From the IMG/VR virus record IMGVR_UViG_3300032272_000062, positions 1-26,340 of that record: a DNA stretch of 26,340 nucleotides, one strand, 5' to 3'. The position numbers were made by a program, and so were the translations under genes. Under the pieces are notes generated by a model, which was not told the origin of the DNA, searched no databases, and worked only from the letters and a program-made list of their open reading frames with translations. Shown in pieces: positions 1 to 9,653 of this stretch (position 1 is the stretch's first letter; every line of letters begins with the position of its first letter). The stretch is from a virus (Duplodnaviria; Caudoviricetes).

Positions 1-1063
1 CGGATATAGCTTCGCGTGTCTCCTTGATAGCCTTGTAGGGTTCTGGACCCCACGTAGTCATCAGCACCTCTTCTTCGCGCATCTTCGATAACTTGTGCGT
101 CATCAGTGCCACGATTGAGTCTGACTCCCCATACTTCTGTATGAAGTCTACCCTGGCTTGACCACTACTCAAACGTATTTTACGCTTATCAACAACCGAC
201 TTGGTGCCATCACTAACTCCATCAGTCCCACGGATAATATCATCGGCAAACTTTGTGGCTAGTGTCCGTACTTCATCCTCCGATGCGTCTTCAAGTCCGT
301 ACTGTGACCTCTCCAAATGACGCACTAAGTCATCTACAAACCCAGTCTTGTCCTTCTGTATCACCAGAGAACTGTAGAACTGCGGGATGTAACCGTCTTT
401 TATAAGGTGTGTAGGGCGTCCAAGTGCTATGTGCCTGCGCTGCATATCCTCTGTGAGGTCGTGCAGTCTACCTGCTAGCCCTCTAATCGCAGGGTCTTTG
501 TCGCCTATAGGTGTGCGTACGCCTCCTAACTCATGCGCCAATGCGTCATTGTACTCAGGTCTGAACTTCTTCCCAGGTAACAGCACGTCGGCAGCTGACA
601 CAGTAGATTTTCCGGTAGGGTCGTCGATATCCACAAACTGTGTATCGCTCAATAGTTTGCCTACATCACTCCCTGCTACGACCCTTGCACCTTTCAAATC
701 ATTTGATAGTACTGATCCCATAGGAGCCTCAAAGTCATCAAAATCAAACAGCGCTCTCTCATGGATAGATGCGTGCATAGCGATCATAGACCGTTCAAGC
801 CCACGATCCTCAAGCTCTCCAGTCCTCAGTTTTACAGCCACTTTATGCTTCGTAGCTACAACTACACGACGCTTGCTGTCCTCGATAACACTGGCGACCT
901 TACGTTTTATACGTGTATTAGGTTCACCTACGACCCTTTCAGATATTTCCTGAATAAGATTCTCTATCTCAGAGCTGACCTCGGCCTTAGTGTCATCGTC
1001 AAGATTGTGCAACAATGCTCTAAGCCCTGCTACACAGGGGTCTACTGGCTTCTTCTTACCCAC
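1..1063 (-). CDS. Large internal virion/ejection protein, partial (runs off the left edge)
   Basis: Not in the ORF track because it has no stop in the window. Read manually from GTG at 1063, overlapping the upstream stop: MGKKKPVDPCVAGLRALLHNLDDDTKAEVSSEIENL...DGYIPQFYS...VDFIQKYG..., open to the edge. Last of the genes following the tail tubular genes. Confidence 0.7.
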   Translation of the reverse strand, partial: MGKKKPVDPCVAGLRALLHNLDDDTKAEVSSEIENLIQEISERVVGEPNTRIKRKVASVIEDSKRRVVVATKHKVAVKLRTGELEDRGLERSMIAMHASIHERALFDFDDFEAPMGSVLSNDLKGARVVAGSDVGKLLSDTQFVDIDDPTGKSTVSAADVLLPGKKFRPEYNDALAHELGGVRTPIGDKDPAIRGLAGRLHDLTEDMQRRHIALGRPTHLIKDGYIPQFYSSLVIQKDKTGFVDDLVRHLERSQYGLEDASEDEVRTLATKFADDIIRGTDGVSDGTKSVVDKRKIRLSSGQARVDFIQKYGESDSIVALMTHKLSKMREEEVLMTTWGPEPYKAIKETREAIS

Positions 1064-2813
1064 TGGTACACACCGGAGAATCTAAATGGTTCATCATTTC
1101 CTCTGCAAGATCGTCGAGAGACTTATGTGCTGCCTGTATCTCAGGGTCCAGGTCCATCAACGCAAATGTCTCTTCGTTCTGTTGTTTCATTGTATTTATG
1201 CTAACATTTTCTGCCGCAGCTTCGGGGTCAACCTTTGTAGCCTTGGCAGCTGCTGACCCATAGAACTCTTTTGAAGGTTTGGTCATATCTATTCTTGGAG
1301 ACCTAAGCGCTTCAATCAGTTTGTGTATCGCCTGTGGGGGCGTAACTTCATCACCTACTCCAGCAGCTTGTCGAATCTCCCTGGCAATCACCTTGGCAAC
1401 GTCCATTACAGTGTCACGTACAAGTTGTGATTCCGTTGGGATTATCTTATTAGTATGCAGGAACCCCATAAAATCGTCAACAAAGCTCTCAGGCGTGTCA
1501 GTCATTGTGTCGCCTATAATGAACATCGCTCTGTCAACATCATCCACAAGATGTATCTTTGTTTCAGGTAATTCCGCATCCGCAGGCCATCGCACTTTAG
1601 GGTCTACCCACTCATCAGACTTCGTAAGCAGGTGGTCATCAAATACAAACGACTTCTGGACTTGCGTCTCATTAGTCTCCTCAAGTAGTTTCGCGTGACT
1701 CTCTGATATCCTTGGAGCCTCGGGCTCGTCAAACTGCGCTTTCTCAAGAGGTACACCTTGCTTGATCTTTTCCATCTCAGTAGGTGTCAGATCATCCAAG
1801 TACTTCTTTATGTTAACAATGTCGGCGTCGGTTAAGTTAACACCTTCCAGCATCGCGGCGCGTTTCAGTATGTTCTCAGGGCTTGCCCCTTCCTGTACGT
1901 TCAACTGTTGAGCCTTGTAAATCACGTCTTTGAATTGCTCAAATGCGTCCACAGCCTCTTGCGTGAACCCTTTCTCAGGATCAGCTTTCAACTTGAATCG
2001 GGTCTTAGCTGTCTTGTACAGGTCTGTCTCTGATACGCTACGCGCAGCTTTGACTACGGACTTCCTGGCAGCGAGACCAAACAGCTCACCACCAAGCCCA
2101 AATATAGCTGCTGCCAAATAGTCTGCTCCTGTGAACTCTACGTCCTCAGCCTCGCGGGTAATCGGCGCGTCGATAAGTGCTGTAGTAGCTACTGTCTCAG
2201 CTACGCCAATACCTACCTGACCTGCCGTAGAGCTGAGAGCTGCAAAAACTGGTCCTGAAACCCCACCACCAACAGCTGCAGGTAGTAGCGCAGCTAGTGC
2301 CATCGCAGTAGGTATAGCTACGATGCTTGTAGCTGCACCGAACAACACTTCAGGTGATGTAATCATCTGAGTCATTTCAGCTACAAACTGACTCACAGGT
2401 GCTGCAACACCTTGGTCCTCTAGTCTTTGAGAATATACCTGGGCGTCGTGTAACCTGATACGCCCCATCAAATACTTTTGTGTCCTGGGCTTATCTTCGT
2501 CCCAGTCAATATTACGATTGCCTACCCACGCATCGTGTTCGTCTTTCGTAGTGATGAGTGGTGTACCATCTGAGTCACCTTTTATATTATCTATGACTTC
2601 CCAGTGAAGACTATTCTTCGCACGTCCAATCTCTTTGGCTGTAGTGAGCAGTGAATCCTCCAGCGACAATGGTGCAGGCTCAGGCTCCATATGTCTCTTG
2701 ACAAGCTCTTGCTGCTGTACAAATGCCGCATCTTCCCCAGGCAGTAATTGCTCCTGCATCAATGTTAGATGGGATCTCCTACGTTCAGCCTGGAAGATAT
2801 TTAGTTCTGCCAC
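1056..2813 (-). CDS. Putative internal virion/ejection protein (585 aa) with hydrophobic Gly/Ala-rich segments
   Basis: Long ORF in the tightly packed late operon. Segments VLFGAATSIVAIPTAMALAALLPAAVGGG and YLAAAIFGLGGELFGLAA are typical of membrane-inserting ejection proteins; synteny agrees. Confidence 0.65.
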   Translation of the reverse strand: MAELNIFQAERRRSHLTLMQEQLLPGEDAAFVQQQELVKRHMEPEPAPLSLEDSLLTTAKEIGRAKNSLHWEVIDNIKGDSDGTPLITTKDEHDAWVGNRNIDWDEDKPRTQKYLMGRIRLHDAQVYSQRLEDQGVAAPVSQFVAEMTQMITSPEVLFGAATSIVAIPTAMALAALLPAAVGGGVSGPVFAALSSTAGQVGIGVAETVATTALIDAPITREAEDVEFTGADYLAAAIFGLGGELFGLAARKSVVKAARSVSETDLYKTAKTRFKLKADPEKGFTQEAVDAFEQFKDVIYKAQQLNVQEGASPENILKRAAMLEGVNLTDADIVNIKKYLDDLTPTEMEKIKQGVPLEKAQFDEPEAPRISESHAKLLEETNETQVQKSFVFDDHLLTKSDEWVDPKVRWPADAELPETKIHLVDDVDRAMFIIGDTMTDTPESFVDDFMGFLHTNKIIPTESQLVRDTVMDVAKVIAREIRQAAGVGDEVTPPQAIHKLIEALRSPRIDMTKPSKEFYGSAAAKATKVDPEAAAENVSINTMKQQNEETFALMDLDPEIQAAHKSLDDLAEEMMNHLDSPVCTSG

Positions 2814-2815
2814 GG

Positions 2816-5557
2816 CTACTTCTCTTGCTGCTTCAGCATCAGATCACTAAGCAATTTTGGCCAGCGTTCAATCTTTGCCTGCTCATCCTGCTCAGACGTA
2901 CCAGCTGATAACGGCATCATTCCATCCTCAGCTTGATTTAGTAACCTCTGCGACCGCTCCTTGGAGCTTACAGGTGTAATCAACTTCGTAAGCGACTCGT
3001 GTCCCAAGTTCCACTTCACAGTGGCTGCTTTTGAGCCCCCTACAAGTAAATCAGGGTGCAACTCTAATTGGCCAACCTCCGCAGGTAAAGGCCCACTTAG
3101 CCCTCGTCTAGTAGGTACAGGCAACCACGCGCCTGAAGCTGTCTGAGCTGCAAGACCTATCTGCTGTACAATTCTACCGTCCTTCAGTGCAACGCTCTCA
3201 AATGTGGGGCGTACTGATCGCCTGAACTTCTCATAGTCTGGACCTTGCGTACTGCCACCAAAATGTAACGATACGAATCGAGGGTCGGCGACTGCGCGTA
3301 ACATAGGCATAGACATCGCAGATAGTAGTATCTCCCTCTCTGCCGTAGTGTCTCCAGAAGAGTCTTCCACACGGTAGTTGCTAGGGGCTACAAAAGGTCG
3401 CAACCCTGAGCCTTTCTCGTCAAGGTCGAATACCCTGTCCTGTAAAGGTGACATATCTTCCATTATGCCTCTGAGGATATCAGAATCATTAGCTGTTGGA
3501 GATTGAGCCTTACGCTTCAAAAACACTCCATACGCGATATTCTCAAACGCATTACCTGTCGCATCAGTCAAAGCATACGCCTCGTTCAACCGGCTAAAAA
3601 ACTCTGGCTTTGAGTATCCAGCGACTTTGCCACTAGCGAATAGTGTCGCACCCGACGAAGGGAACACCTTTAGGAACGTTCCGAACCGCGTGTCTGCACC
3701 TTCCAGCATCTTAGTCTGTTCAGGCGTGATAGGTGTAAGCATCTCTATTTGGAAAGCTGTAGGTACATCCCGCAGTCCTACAGCGCCTGTAGTATTCAAT
3801 AGTGAGAGTACGGCAGGAGACACACCTGTAGCCTTTGAAAGTTTGTCGAACGCTACAGCTTCTGGCGTATTCGCGAACCTCTCAGACAATCCAGCGTAAG
3901 ATGTCAGGTCTCTACGTATCTGCAATACTGCGTCAGGATCGCCATCACGTAATTTTGTCACTCCTTCAGATATAAACTTGGCAAAGTTCTGTGTCACGTC
4001 TTCAGGTATTATAGGTTTGACGTCTTGACCCATCGTATTTGAGTAGTGAAGCACAAGATCAAGTTTTGATTCTATGCTGTTCTCAAAATCTGCTTGAGCT
4101 ACAGAGTCAATCAACATCTTCCGATCTTCTATGCGCTCAGTAGGTCTCAATGTTTCGGCTACTTTCTCGGTAGCTTTCCCAATCCAAAATGATTTAGTCC
4201 CTGGGCTTGACGGGTCATCCTGACCTCTGTACTGCTTGTCCATCTCCCACGTAACACTAAAAAGTTCAGACGTCGGAGTATCTTTGACTCTCTTCTCGTG
4301 AGCGTCTAAAAATGTCAGCATCTGCTTCTTTACACCTACGTCAATACCTATCGGCTTCTCGGCAAACGCACGCATTTCAGATATCTCTGTTGGGGTAGCA
4401 CCAAGTACTTTAATCATATTGTGATTGAACAATGCCATACCTGAGTAATACCGTGCAAACTCTGCGGCTTTATCCCCATCATTATTAGTTCTGAACTTCT
4501 CGTGAGCCCACGCCCATGTACCTGGGACTGGTTGAAGCTTTTTCCCTTTGTCCAGTAAAGGCTTCCCGTCTTTGTCAAGTACTATAGCGTCGTTACTAAA
4601 TGGGTCTACAGACGGGTACTCCTTGGTGCTATTTGGGAATCTCATCGTGTTTCCAGGGTTCGCCCCTCTCGACATCGCCAGTAGACGCTCCTTCGCGTCG
4701 TTGTCCAACGTGTCTTCAAACGCTTTATCGGCCCCTGCAACCCTGCGGGACAATATATCCTGCAGCTTAGGGTCTTCAAACAGCCCTGCCTCCTGCAACA
4801 ACTCCTGCAACTCTAGCGTAGTAGCGCTATCATTATTGTTATCTGCATCTATAATTTTCTGCTTTATTATCTTACCCATCAACTCATCGTGATAAGACCT
4901 ACGCGCACGATGTAGCTGGTCAACATTCCCAATACTAGCTATTTGTGTATCTATCCAAGCCCTATGCGTTTTAGACGATCTAGCTACCAACCCTTTCAGA
5001 TTTTGTACTGGGACTGCCCTAAAGTCATCAAGTATCTGCTTTTGCTTCCGTGTTCGCATCTCCCATTCAAGCGTCGTCACCTTGTTCTGTACGTCGCTGA
5101 TACGGGCTCTAGTCTCTCTGGTCCTTACTATTGTAAGGTCATCAGCAGCAAGCTCGTCAAACGTGGAGTTCAACATAGCTTTGAAATCTTCAGGTATGTT
5201 AGGGTCTCCAGCGTACTTAGATTTTATAAGCGCCTTCGCATCAGCTACACGCTTCTCATACTTTCCAGGGTCTCTGTAGCTATCCGTAGAGTCCCTGATT
5301 GTCTCCAGCTGGTCCTTGATCGCTAGCGTCTCATTCGATAAGTAAACAGCTTGAGCTGTCTTATTGTACGAATCTGACAGGTCAAGGATCGCAGACGCGC
5401 TACTCTTCTCTATCTGAGGTAGCCCATCAGAATTACTTGCGTCTACTATTGCCTTACTCTTCAGTTTATCTTGAGTAGCCTTTATCTGACCAGTCTGAAG
5501 CTTCTCAGAAAATCCATTGATGGCGCGTGTAACGGGGTCTGTATCTATAAATCCCAT
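2816..5557 (-). CDS. Putative internal virion protein (913 aa)
   Basis: Long ORF of helical-looking composition in the ejection-protein position, with 2-nt gaps to both neighbours. No catalytic motif recognised. Confidence 0.6.
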   Translation of the reverse strand: MGFIDTDPVTRAINGFSEKLQTGQIKATQDKLKSKAIVDASNSDGLPQIEKSSASAILDLSDSYNKTAQAVYLSNETLAIKDQLETIRDSTDSYRDPGKYEKRVADAKALIKSKYAGDPNIPEDFKAMLNSTFDELAADDLTIVRTRETRARISDVQNKVTTLEWEMRTRKQKQILDDFRAVPVQNLKGLVARSSKTHRAWIDTQIASIGNVDQLHRARRSYHDELMGKIIKQKIIDADNNNDSATTLELQELLQEAGLFEDPKLQDILSRRVAGADKAFEDTLDNDAKERLLAMSRGANPGNTMRFPNSTKEYPSVDPFSNDAIVLDKDGKPLLDKGKKLQPVPGTWAWAHEKFRTNNDGDKAAEFARYYSGMALFNHNMIKVLGATPTEISEMRAFAEKPIGIDVGVKKQMLTFLDAHEKRVKDTPTSELFSVTWEMDKQYRGQDDPSSPGTKSFWIGKATEKVAETLRPTERIEDRKMLIDSVAQADFENSIESKLDLVLHYSNTMGQDVKPIIPEDVTQNFAKFISEGVTKLRDGDPDAVLQIRRDLTSYAGLSERFANTPEAVAFDKLSKATGVSPAVLSLLNTTGAVGLRDVPTAFQIEMLTPITPEQTKMLEGADTRFGTFLKVFPSSGATLFASGKVAGYSKPEFFSRLNEAYALTDATGNAFENIAYGVFLKRKAQSPTANDSDILRGIMEDMSPLQDRVFDLDEKGSGLRPFVAPSNYRVEDSSGDTTAEREILLSAMSMPMLRAVADPRFVSLHFGGSTQGPDYEKFRRSVRPTFESVALKDGRIVQQIGLAAQTASGAWLPVPTRRGLSGPLPAEVGQLELHPDLLVGGSKAATVKWNLGHESLTKLITPVSSKERSQRLLNQAEDGMMPLSAGTSEQDEQAKIERWPKLLSDLMLKQQEK

Positions 5558-5559
5558 TG

Positions 5560-6132
5560 TCAGCTACCTGTAGATGTTGTAAGTGTTCCAGCTTTCCTCG
5601 CTGCATTCCTCTCAGTTACAGACTTCTTGACCTTATTCACCTGGCCGTCATCAGCATTCAGCTCTTGGTCAAGCGCTGCACCTGTAGTGGCAATGTTACC
5701 TGCCCTGTCAAGCACTGAGCCTATCCCACCTAAAGCGAAGTTGATTGCCTGAGACTGCGATTCACCGACGATATTTTGCTTCTGTAACAGTGCTTCCTGG
5801 CGCACGTTGAAGAACTCCCGTTCAGCTATAATGTCTTGTATCTCTGTGTCCAGTGCGAATGACTCCATCTGAGCCTGCATCGACGCGCCTCCGGTGAAAC
5901 CCGCAGCCGAGAACGTACTTGTAACACCGCCCATCTGACGGGCTAACGCTCGTCTACGGGCGTCGGACTCGTCAACAAACCTTGCAGACGCCTCTTTCAG
6001 CTGTCTGTCTACACTATCTTGGGCTAACCTTGACTGGGCTAAGGTCTCTGCTATATTTACACCTGACGAGACTACTGACGTAGCTAACGACAGGCTATCA
6101 AGTGCTATACTTGCTATTCCTTCTACGGCCAT
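5560..6132 (-). CDS. Small internal virion protein (T7 gp14 position, about 190 aa)
   Basis: Start moved to ATG 6132, which has a TAATG overlap with the tail B stop and a GGGAGG SD. Ala/Ser/Gly-rich with a coiled-coil-like middle and an SAAGFTGGAS segment; directly follows tail tubular B. Confidence 0.6.
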   Translation of the reverse strand: MAVEGIASIALDSLSLATSVVSSGVNIAETLAQSRLAQDSVDRQLKEASARFVDESDARRRALARQMGGVTSTFSAAGFTGGASMQAQMESFALDTEIQDIIAEREFFNVRQEALLQKQNIVGESQSQAINFALGGIGSVLDRAGNIATTGAALDQELNADDGQVNKVKKSVTERNAARKAGTLTTSTGS

Positions 6133-8351
6133 TATACCTTTACCTCCCAAACTAGATTCAGTATATTCATACTGTACGGAGCTGTGGGCTTTATACTCAC
6201 TGTCGTATCTTCATTCCATCCAGACAGTAACCCTTGTGTAGCAACGCCATCGAGTGAAGGGCGTTCCTTTGGGTTATCTGTCGGATAAAGGTACTCAGGA
6301 AGTTGTTTGAATCCATTGATTGTAAGTTGTCGGGCATTCATATATCTTACACCAACGCTCACAATTCTGTATTTTCTATTGAACGATTCACCCAGTTCGT
6401 CAGCACTTCCAGGGAATACTGGCTGTAACTCCGCGTCTACTAATAAGCCTACACGAACATCACCAGCTTCAGGCAATACACCATCCGCGTATGTGACTAT
6501 CTCGAAATTGCCTGACCCGTCCGGTGTCACAGGGTCTTCAGCTATCCACGGTGACCCACGGTGTACAAGTAGCTGAACCTCTTGAGCCCACTGCGCAGGG
6601 TTTGGTGTGTTCCAAGTCTGTGTGGTGATAAGTGAAGGTGACACTACAGTCGAAACAAGCGTAGCATTTACGTACCCATCTATAGAGTAACGCTCAGCCG
6701 TTGACCCTGCGCTACCGTAGAACCACTGGTACACTTGGAACTTGGACTGGTTATCCCTCCATACAAAGAAATACACCAGCCCCTTGATACTCATTACCTC
6801 CTTCACAGCTAAGCGTGCGAAAGTATTCGCTGTCCAAGCAACTTGGTCTCCAAATGCTGAACCTATCGCGAACGTAGACCCTGGGGTGTCTAGTGACTGA
6901 GCTGCGAATATTCGCCTTACGGGATCAACAGACGTAGCATCTAAGACAGCTGTGGATGTTATAGTACTTGTGATTTGCTTATGCGCTGTAGTGATGTCTA
7001 CTACAAAGTATCTCCCATCTTCGTTAGAGTATCTTACTTCTGCGAGCCCTCCACTCTGAGGCGCAAATATAATGCCTCCGTCGTACTGAGTAGCATTGGT
7101 CCTTCTCTTGCTACCGAACGTCCCAATTACTCTGAACGTAAGCAAGTTACCCTCAGAGAACGCTGTACCAGGATTTGTCAGACCGTACTCCTGACTGCGC
7201 CCTCCAATAACAATCGTGTCTCCCCCCTTTACCCATATCAGCTCATTCTCATTACCTATACGCAGATCGCTGTCAAACGGTGCGTCTGTCGCTGGACCCT
7301 CGGGTACAGGCGCAGGAATAATTACGTACGGGTCATACGCTGAGGATATGACTACTCTACTAGCACTGGCGGCAGTACCAAAATCGTTGATAAACACAAA
7401 ACGATTCTGGAAGAACGCCACATCTTTTGGTGAGAATGGCGTTGATACGTTTGCGCCAGTCCCTAATGGATCGCCACCTGTGAAAGCGTTAATAGCTTCG
7501 TACTTCAACCCTGCCGGAGGTCTGACTATACGTGCAGACGGTAGTGTCCAATTGCTAACTAGCACCATAGATGAATCCCCAGTCACTGTCTGTATCAGGA
7601 AGTCCTCTCCTAATAGCCTGATGATCCCTCCGTCTACAAAGTCTTTACTGAACCTAGTATTCCCTATACCTGTTACGACGTCACTACCATTTTCAACCTC
7701 AACACCTGAGCCGGACTTCTCATCATAAAAGCTAAGTACTTCAGCATTTACAAGTTCCGGTGATGTTGCGTCTGAGTACACTCTGATTGGAGGCAGCCCG
7801 TGGTTTGTTATGATTACATCGTTGTTTACTTGTACGTACCCGTACGACTGTACCGGCGTGGACGATCCTGTTGGGGTTCCATTAGAGCTAGTAACTATAA
7901 ACTCAAACTCAAACTCGAAATCATCTCCAACAATCCCATTCCCCTTGATGATAGGGCTTGAAACATCATCTAAATTAATAACCCGTATACGCATTACCTT
8001 TGTGGCTGTAAAAGGGAACACAGTTTTATCCAGTACGTTTATCTGTATGACGTAATTGAACTCTTCCCTTACCCACGGGATAAATTTAGAGTCCTCAGCC
8101 ATATCTCCCCACTGCCACGCAGTCCTGTCGGATGCAGCAAGACCTGTGCCTGAGAACGCGCCTGCGACGTCCCAGTCCGTTATAAGACCTCGTGTACCCC
8201 ACCTGACCCTGGCTGCACCAGCTGAGTAGGGTATGAAGTTACGCATAACCTTCGCGCCTTCTTTTATCTGGTCAATATCTGTACGGTACTGTAGATCGTC
8301 GTCTAACTGTCCAGCTGCAAACGAATTTGTTTTTGTGTATCGACGGGTCAT
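6132..8351 (-). CDS. Tail tubular protein B / nozzle (T7 gp12-like)
   Basis: N-terminus TNSFAAGQLD..L..RTD....GA..MRNFIP..GAA.VR.GT, internal PKDVAFFQNRFVF, beta-propeller-like composition, 739 aa, follows tail tubular A. Confidence 0.85.
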   Translation of the reverse strand: MTRRYTKTNSFAAGQLDDDLQYRTDIDQIKEGAKVMRNFIPYSAGAARVRWGTRGLITDWDVAGAFSGTGLAASDRTAWQWGDMAEDSKFIPWVREEFNYVIQINVLDKTVFPFTATKVMRIRVINLDDVSSPIIKGNGIVGDDFEFEFEFIVTSSNGTPTGSSTPVQSYGYVQVNNDVIITNHGLPPIRVYSDATSPELVNAEVLSFYDEKSGSGVEVENGSDVVTGIGNTRFSKDFVDGGIIRLLGEDFLIQTVTGDSSMVLVSNWTLPSARIVRPPAGLKYEAINAFTGGDPLGTGANVSTPFSPKDVAFFQNRFVFINDFGTAASASRVVISSAYDPYVIIPAPVPEGPATDAPFDSDLRIGNENELIWVKGGDTIVIGGRSQEYGLTNPGTAFSEGNLLTFRVIGTFGSKRRTNATQYDGGIIFAPQSGGLAEVRYSNEDGRYFVVDITTAHKQITSTITSTAVLDATSVDPVRRIFAAQSLDTPGSTFAIGSAFGDQVAWTANTFARLAVKEVMSIKGLVYFFVWRDNQSKFQVYQWFYGSAGSTAERYSIDGYVNATLVSTVVSPSLITTQTWNTPNPAQWAQEVQLLVHRGSPWIAEDPVTPDGSGNFEIVTYADGVLPEAGDVRVGLLVDAELQPVFPGSADELGESFNRKYRIVSVGVRYMNARQLTINGFKQLPEYLYPTDNPKERPSLDGVATQGLLSGWNEDTTVSIKPTAPYSMNILNLVWEVKV

Positions 8352-8932
8352 CAGAGCCTTTGCGATTCCCGACTCAACATCCTCCCGATAGCGCCTGACA
8401 GTGATACTGTTGGGCTTGTCATTGAATCTTTGTGCCTGGACCTAACCCACTGCCTGCTGGCCAGTTCGTGCTGCAGCCTGGACTTTGGCATATCCTCGTC
8501 AATAGCCATCGACACATCGGCAGATATTTGCAACGACAGTGCCTCAACAAAATACGCAGGGAACATAGACTCGTCCACATCCTCTATGTAGATAGCTATG
8601 ACAGACTCTGCATTGGTGTATATCTGCGATCCAAATATCTCAAACGACGTATTGTTGTCGAGACCTAGCAGACGCAGAGACTTCGGGGGAAGGTCGTAAG
8701 CATATGTATACTCAGTCCCCCCGTACCCTCTGTCCGTGGCCTGGGCCAGTGTTGTCTCCCTAAGCGCAAATCGCCAGTTATGCTGAGATAGGGCGTTGCC
8801 CTTGATAATCTCATACATACCGTTGATTACTTCGGCAGCCAAGCTCCCTTCTGTAAAAGAAGCGATACGGGGATGCCCAAGTCGGAGCAAGGAGGAGTTA
8901 GCTATTCCCAACTTGGTTTTGGTTATAGTCAT
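8351..8932 (-). CDS. Tail tubular protein A / adaptor (T7 gp11-like)
   Basis: Family motifs IANSSLLRLG..I.SF.EGS..A, HNWRFA, YAYDLP...LR and FPAYFVEAL. Confidence 0.88.
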   Translation of the reverse strand: MTITKTKLGIANSSLLRLGHPRIASFTEGSLAAEVINGMYEIIKGNALSQHNWRFALRETTLAQATDRGYGGTEYTYAYDLPPKSLRLLGLDNNTSFEIFGSQIYTNAESVIAIYIEDVDESMFPAYFVEALSLQISADVSMAIDEDMPKSRLQHELASRQWVRSRHKDSMTSPTVSLSGAIGRMLSRESQRL

Positions 8933-8948
8933 CCCCGTACCCCTTAGA

Positions 8949-9248
8949 TTATGCTGTTAGTGCTGCTATTGTTCCTGCTGCTGCGTCGGTCACTTGGTAC
9001 AGACTCATCCCACCAGACCCTAATACGAATATGGGATCGGACTCTGTGAGTTCGCTTGAGCCTGTCGTACTACCCACGTCTGCAAAGTAACCTGGTGCGT
9101 CTATATCCGCTATCGCAGCAGTGATCTCCGAATAGAACCAAATAGTAGCTCCAGCGCCTGAATACTTCGCATCACGCTGACCACTCAAAGTTTCGCTTCG
9201 AGAGTCTACTGTGCTAACTTTGAACAGTCCTGCTCTTGAAAAAGCCAT
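8949..9248 (-). CDS. Small virion protein, paralog 2 (probable capsid decoration/cement)
   Basis: AAGGA SD. Colinear similarity to 9314..9628 (MAFSR...W.Y.EI..A..DIDA..YFA.VGST.G..EL...D...V.GS.G..LY.V..AAAGTI.AL). Confidence 0.65.
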   Translation of the reverse strand: MAFSRAGLFKVSTVDSRSETLSGQRDAKYSGAGATIWFYSEITAAIADIDAPGYFADVGSTTGSSELTESDPIFVLGSGGMSLYQVTDAAAGTIAALTA

Positions 9249-9266
9249 TTTATATCCTTGGTAAAG

Positions 9267-9301
9267 ACAGGACGTGGAGGTGTTTAGTCTCCACGCCCTA
9301 T
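9267..9301 (-). terminator. Intrinsic terminator-like hairpin between the two paralogs
   Basis: Minus strand AUAGGGCGUGGAG-ACUAAACAC-CUCCACGUCCUGU followed by CUUUA. 13-bp stem with G.U pairs and only a weak U tract. Confidence 0.6.
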
Positions 9302-9313
9302 TCAGTTATTTAC

Positions 9314-9628
9314 TTATATCAGCGCTACGATAGTACCTGCAGCGGCGGCAGCTGCATTAGCTACACGATACAAATTACCACCGTCCGAGCCTACGACCCA
9401 CATCAGGTCACCTGCGTGCAACTCGCCCGTACCAGATGTACTGCCCACAGCTGCAAAATACGCAGCTGCGTCGATATCTCCGAGAGCTGTGCCTATCTCT
9501 GCATAGAGCCACAATGTAACCCTTTGCCCTGACGATGACGTAGTAGAGTCAGTACCAGGGACCGCGTTTACAGCCTCCGCGATACTTCCTTCAACAACTT
9601 TATTTAGACTGGTTCTTGAAAAGGCCAT
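9314..9628 (-). CDS. Small virion protein, paralog 1 (probable capsid decoration/cement)
   Basis: Immediately after the major capsid gene, strong TAAGGAG SD, 104 aa, Ala/Gly/Ser/Thr-rich. Confidence 0.65.
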   Translation of the reverse strand: MAFSRTSLNKVVEGSIAEAVNAVPGTDSTTSSSGQRVTLWLYAEIGTALGDIDAAAYFAAVGSTSGTGELHAGDLMWVVGSDGGNLYRVANAAAAAAGTIVALI

Positions 9629-9653
9629 CTTTTTATCTCCTTAGAAATTTATT

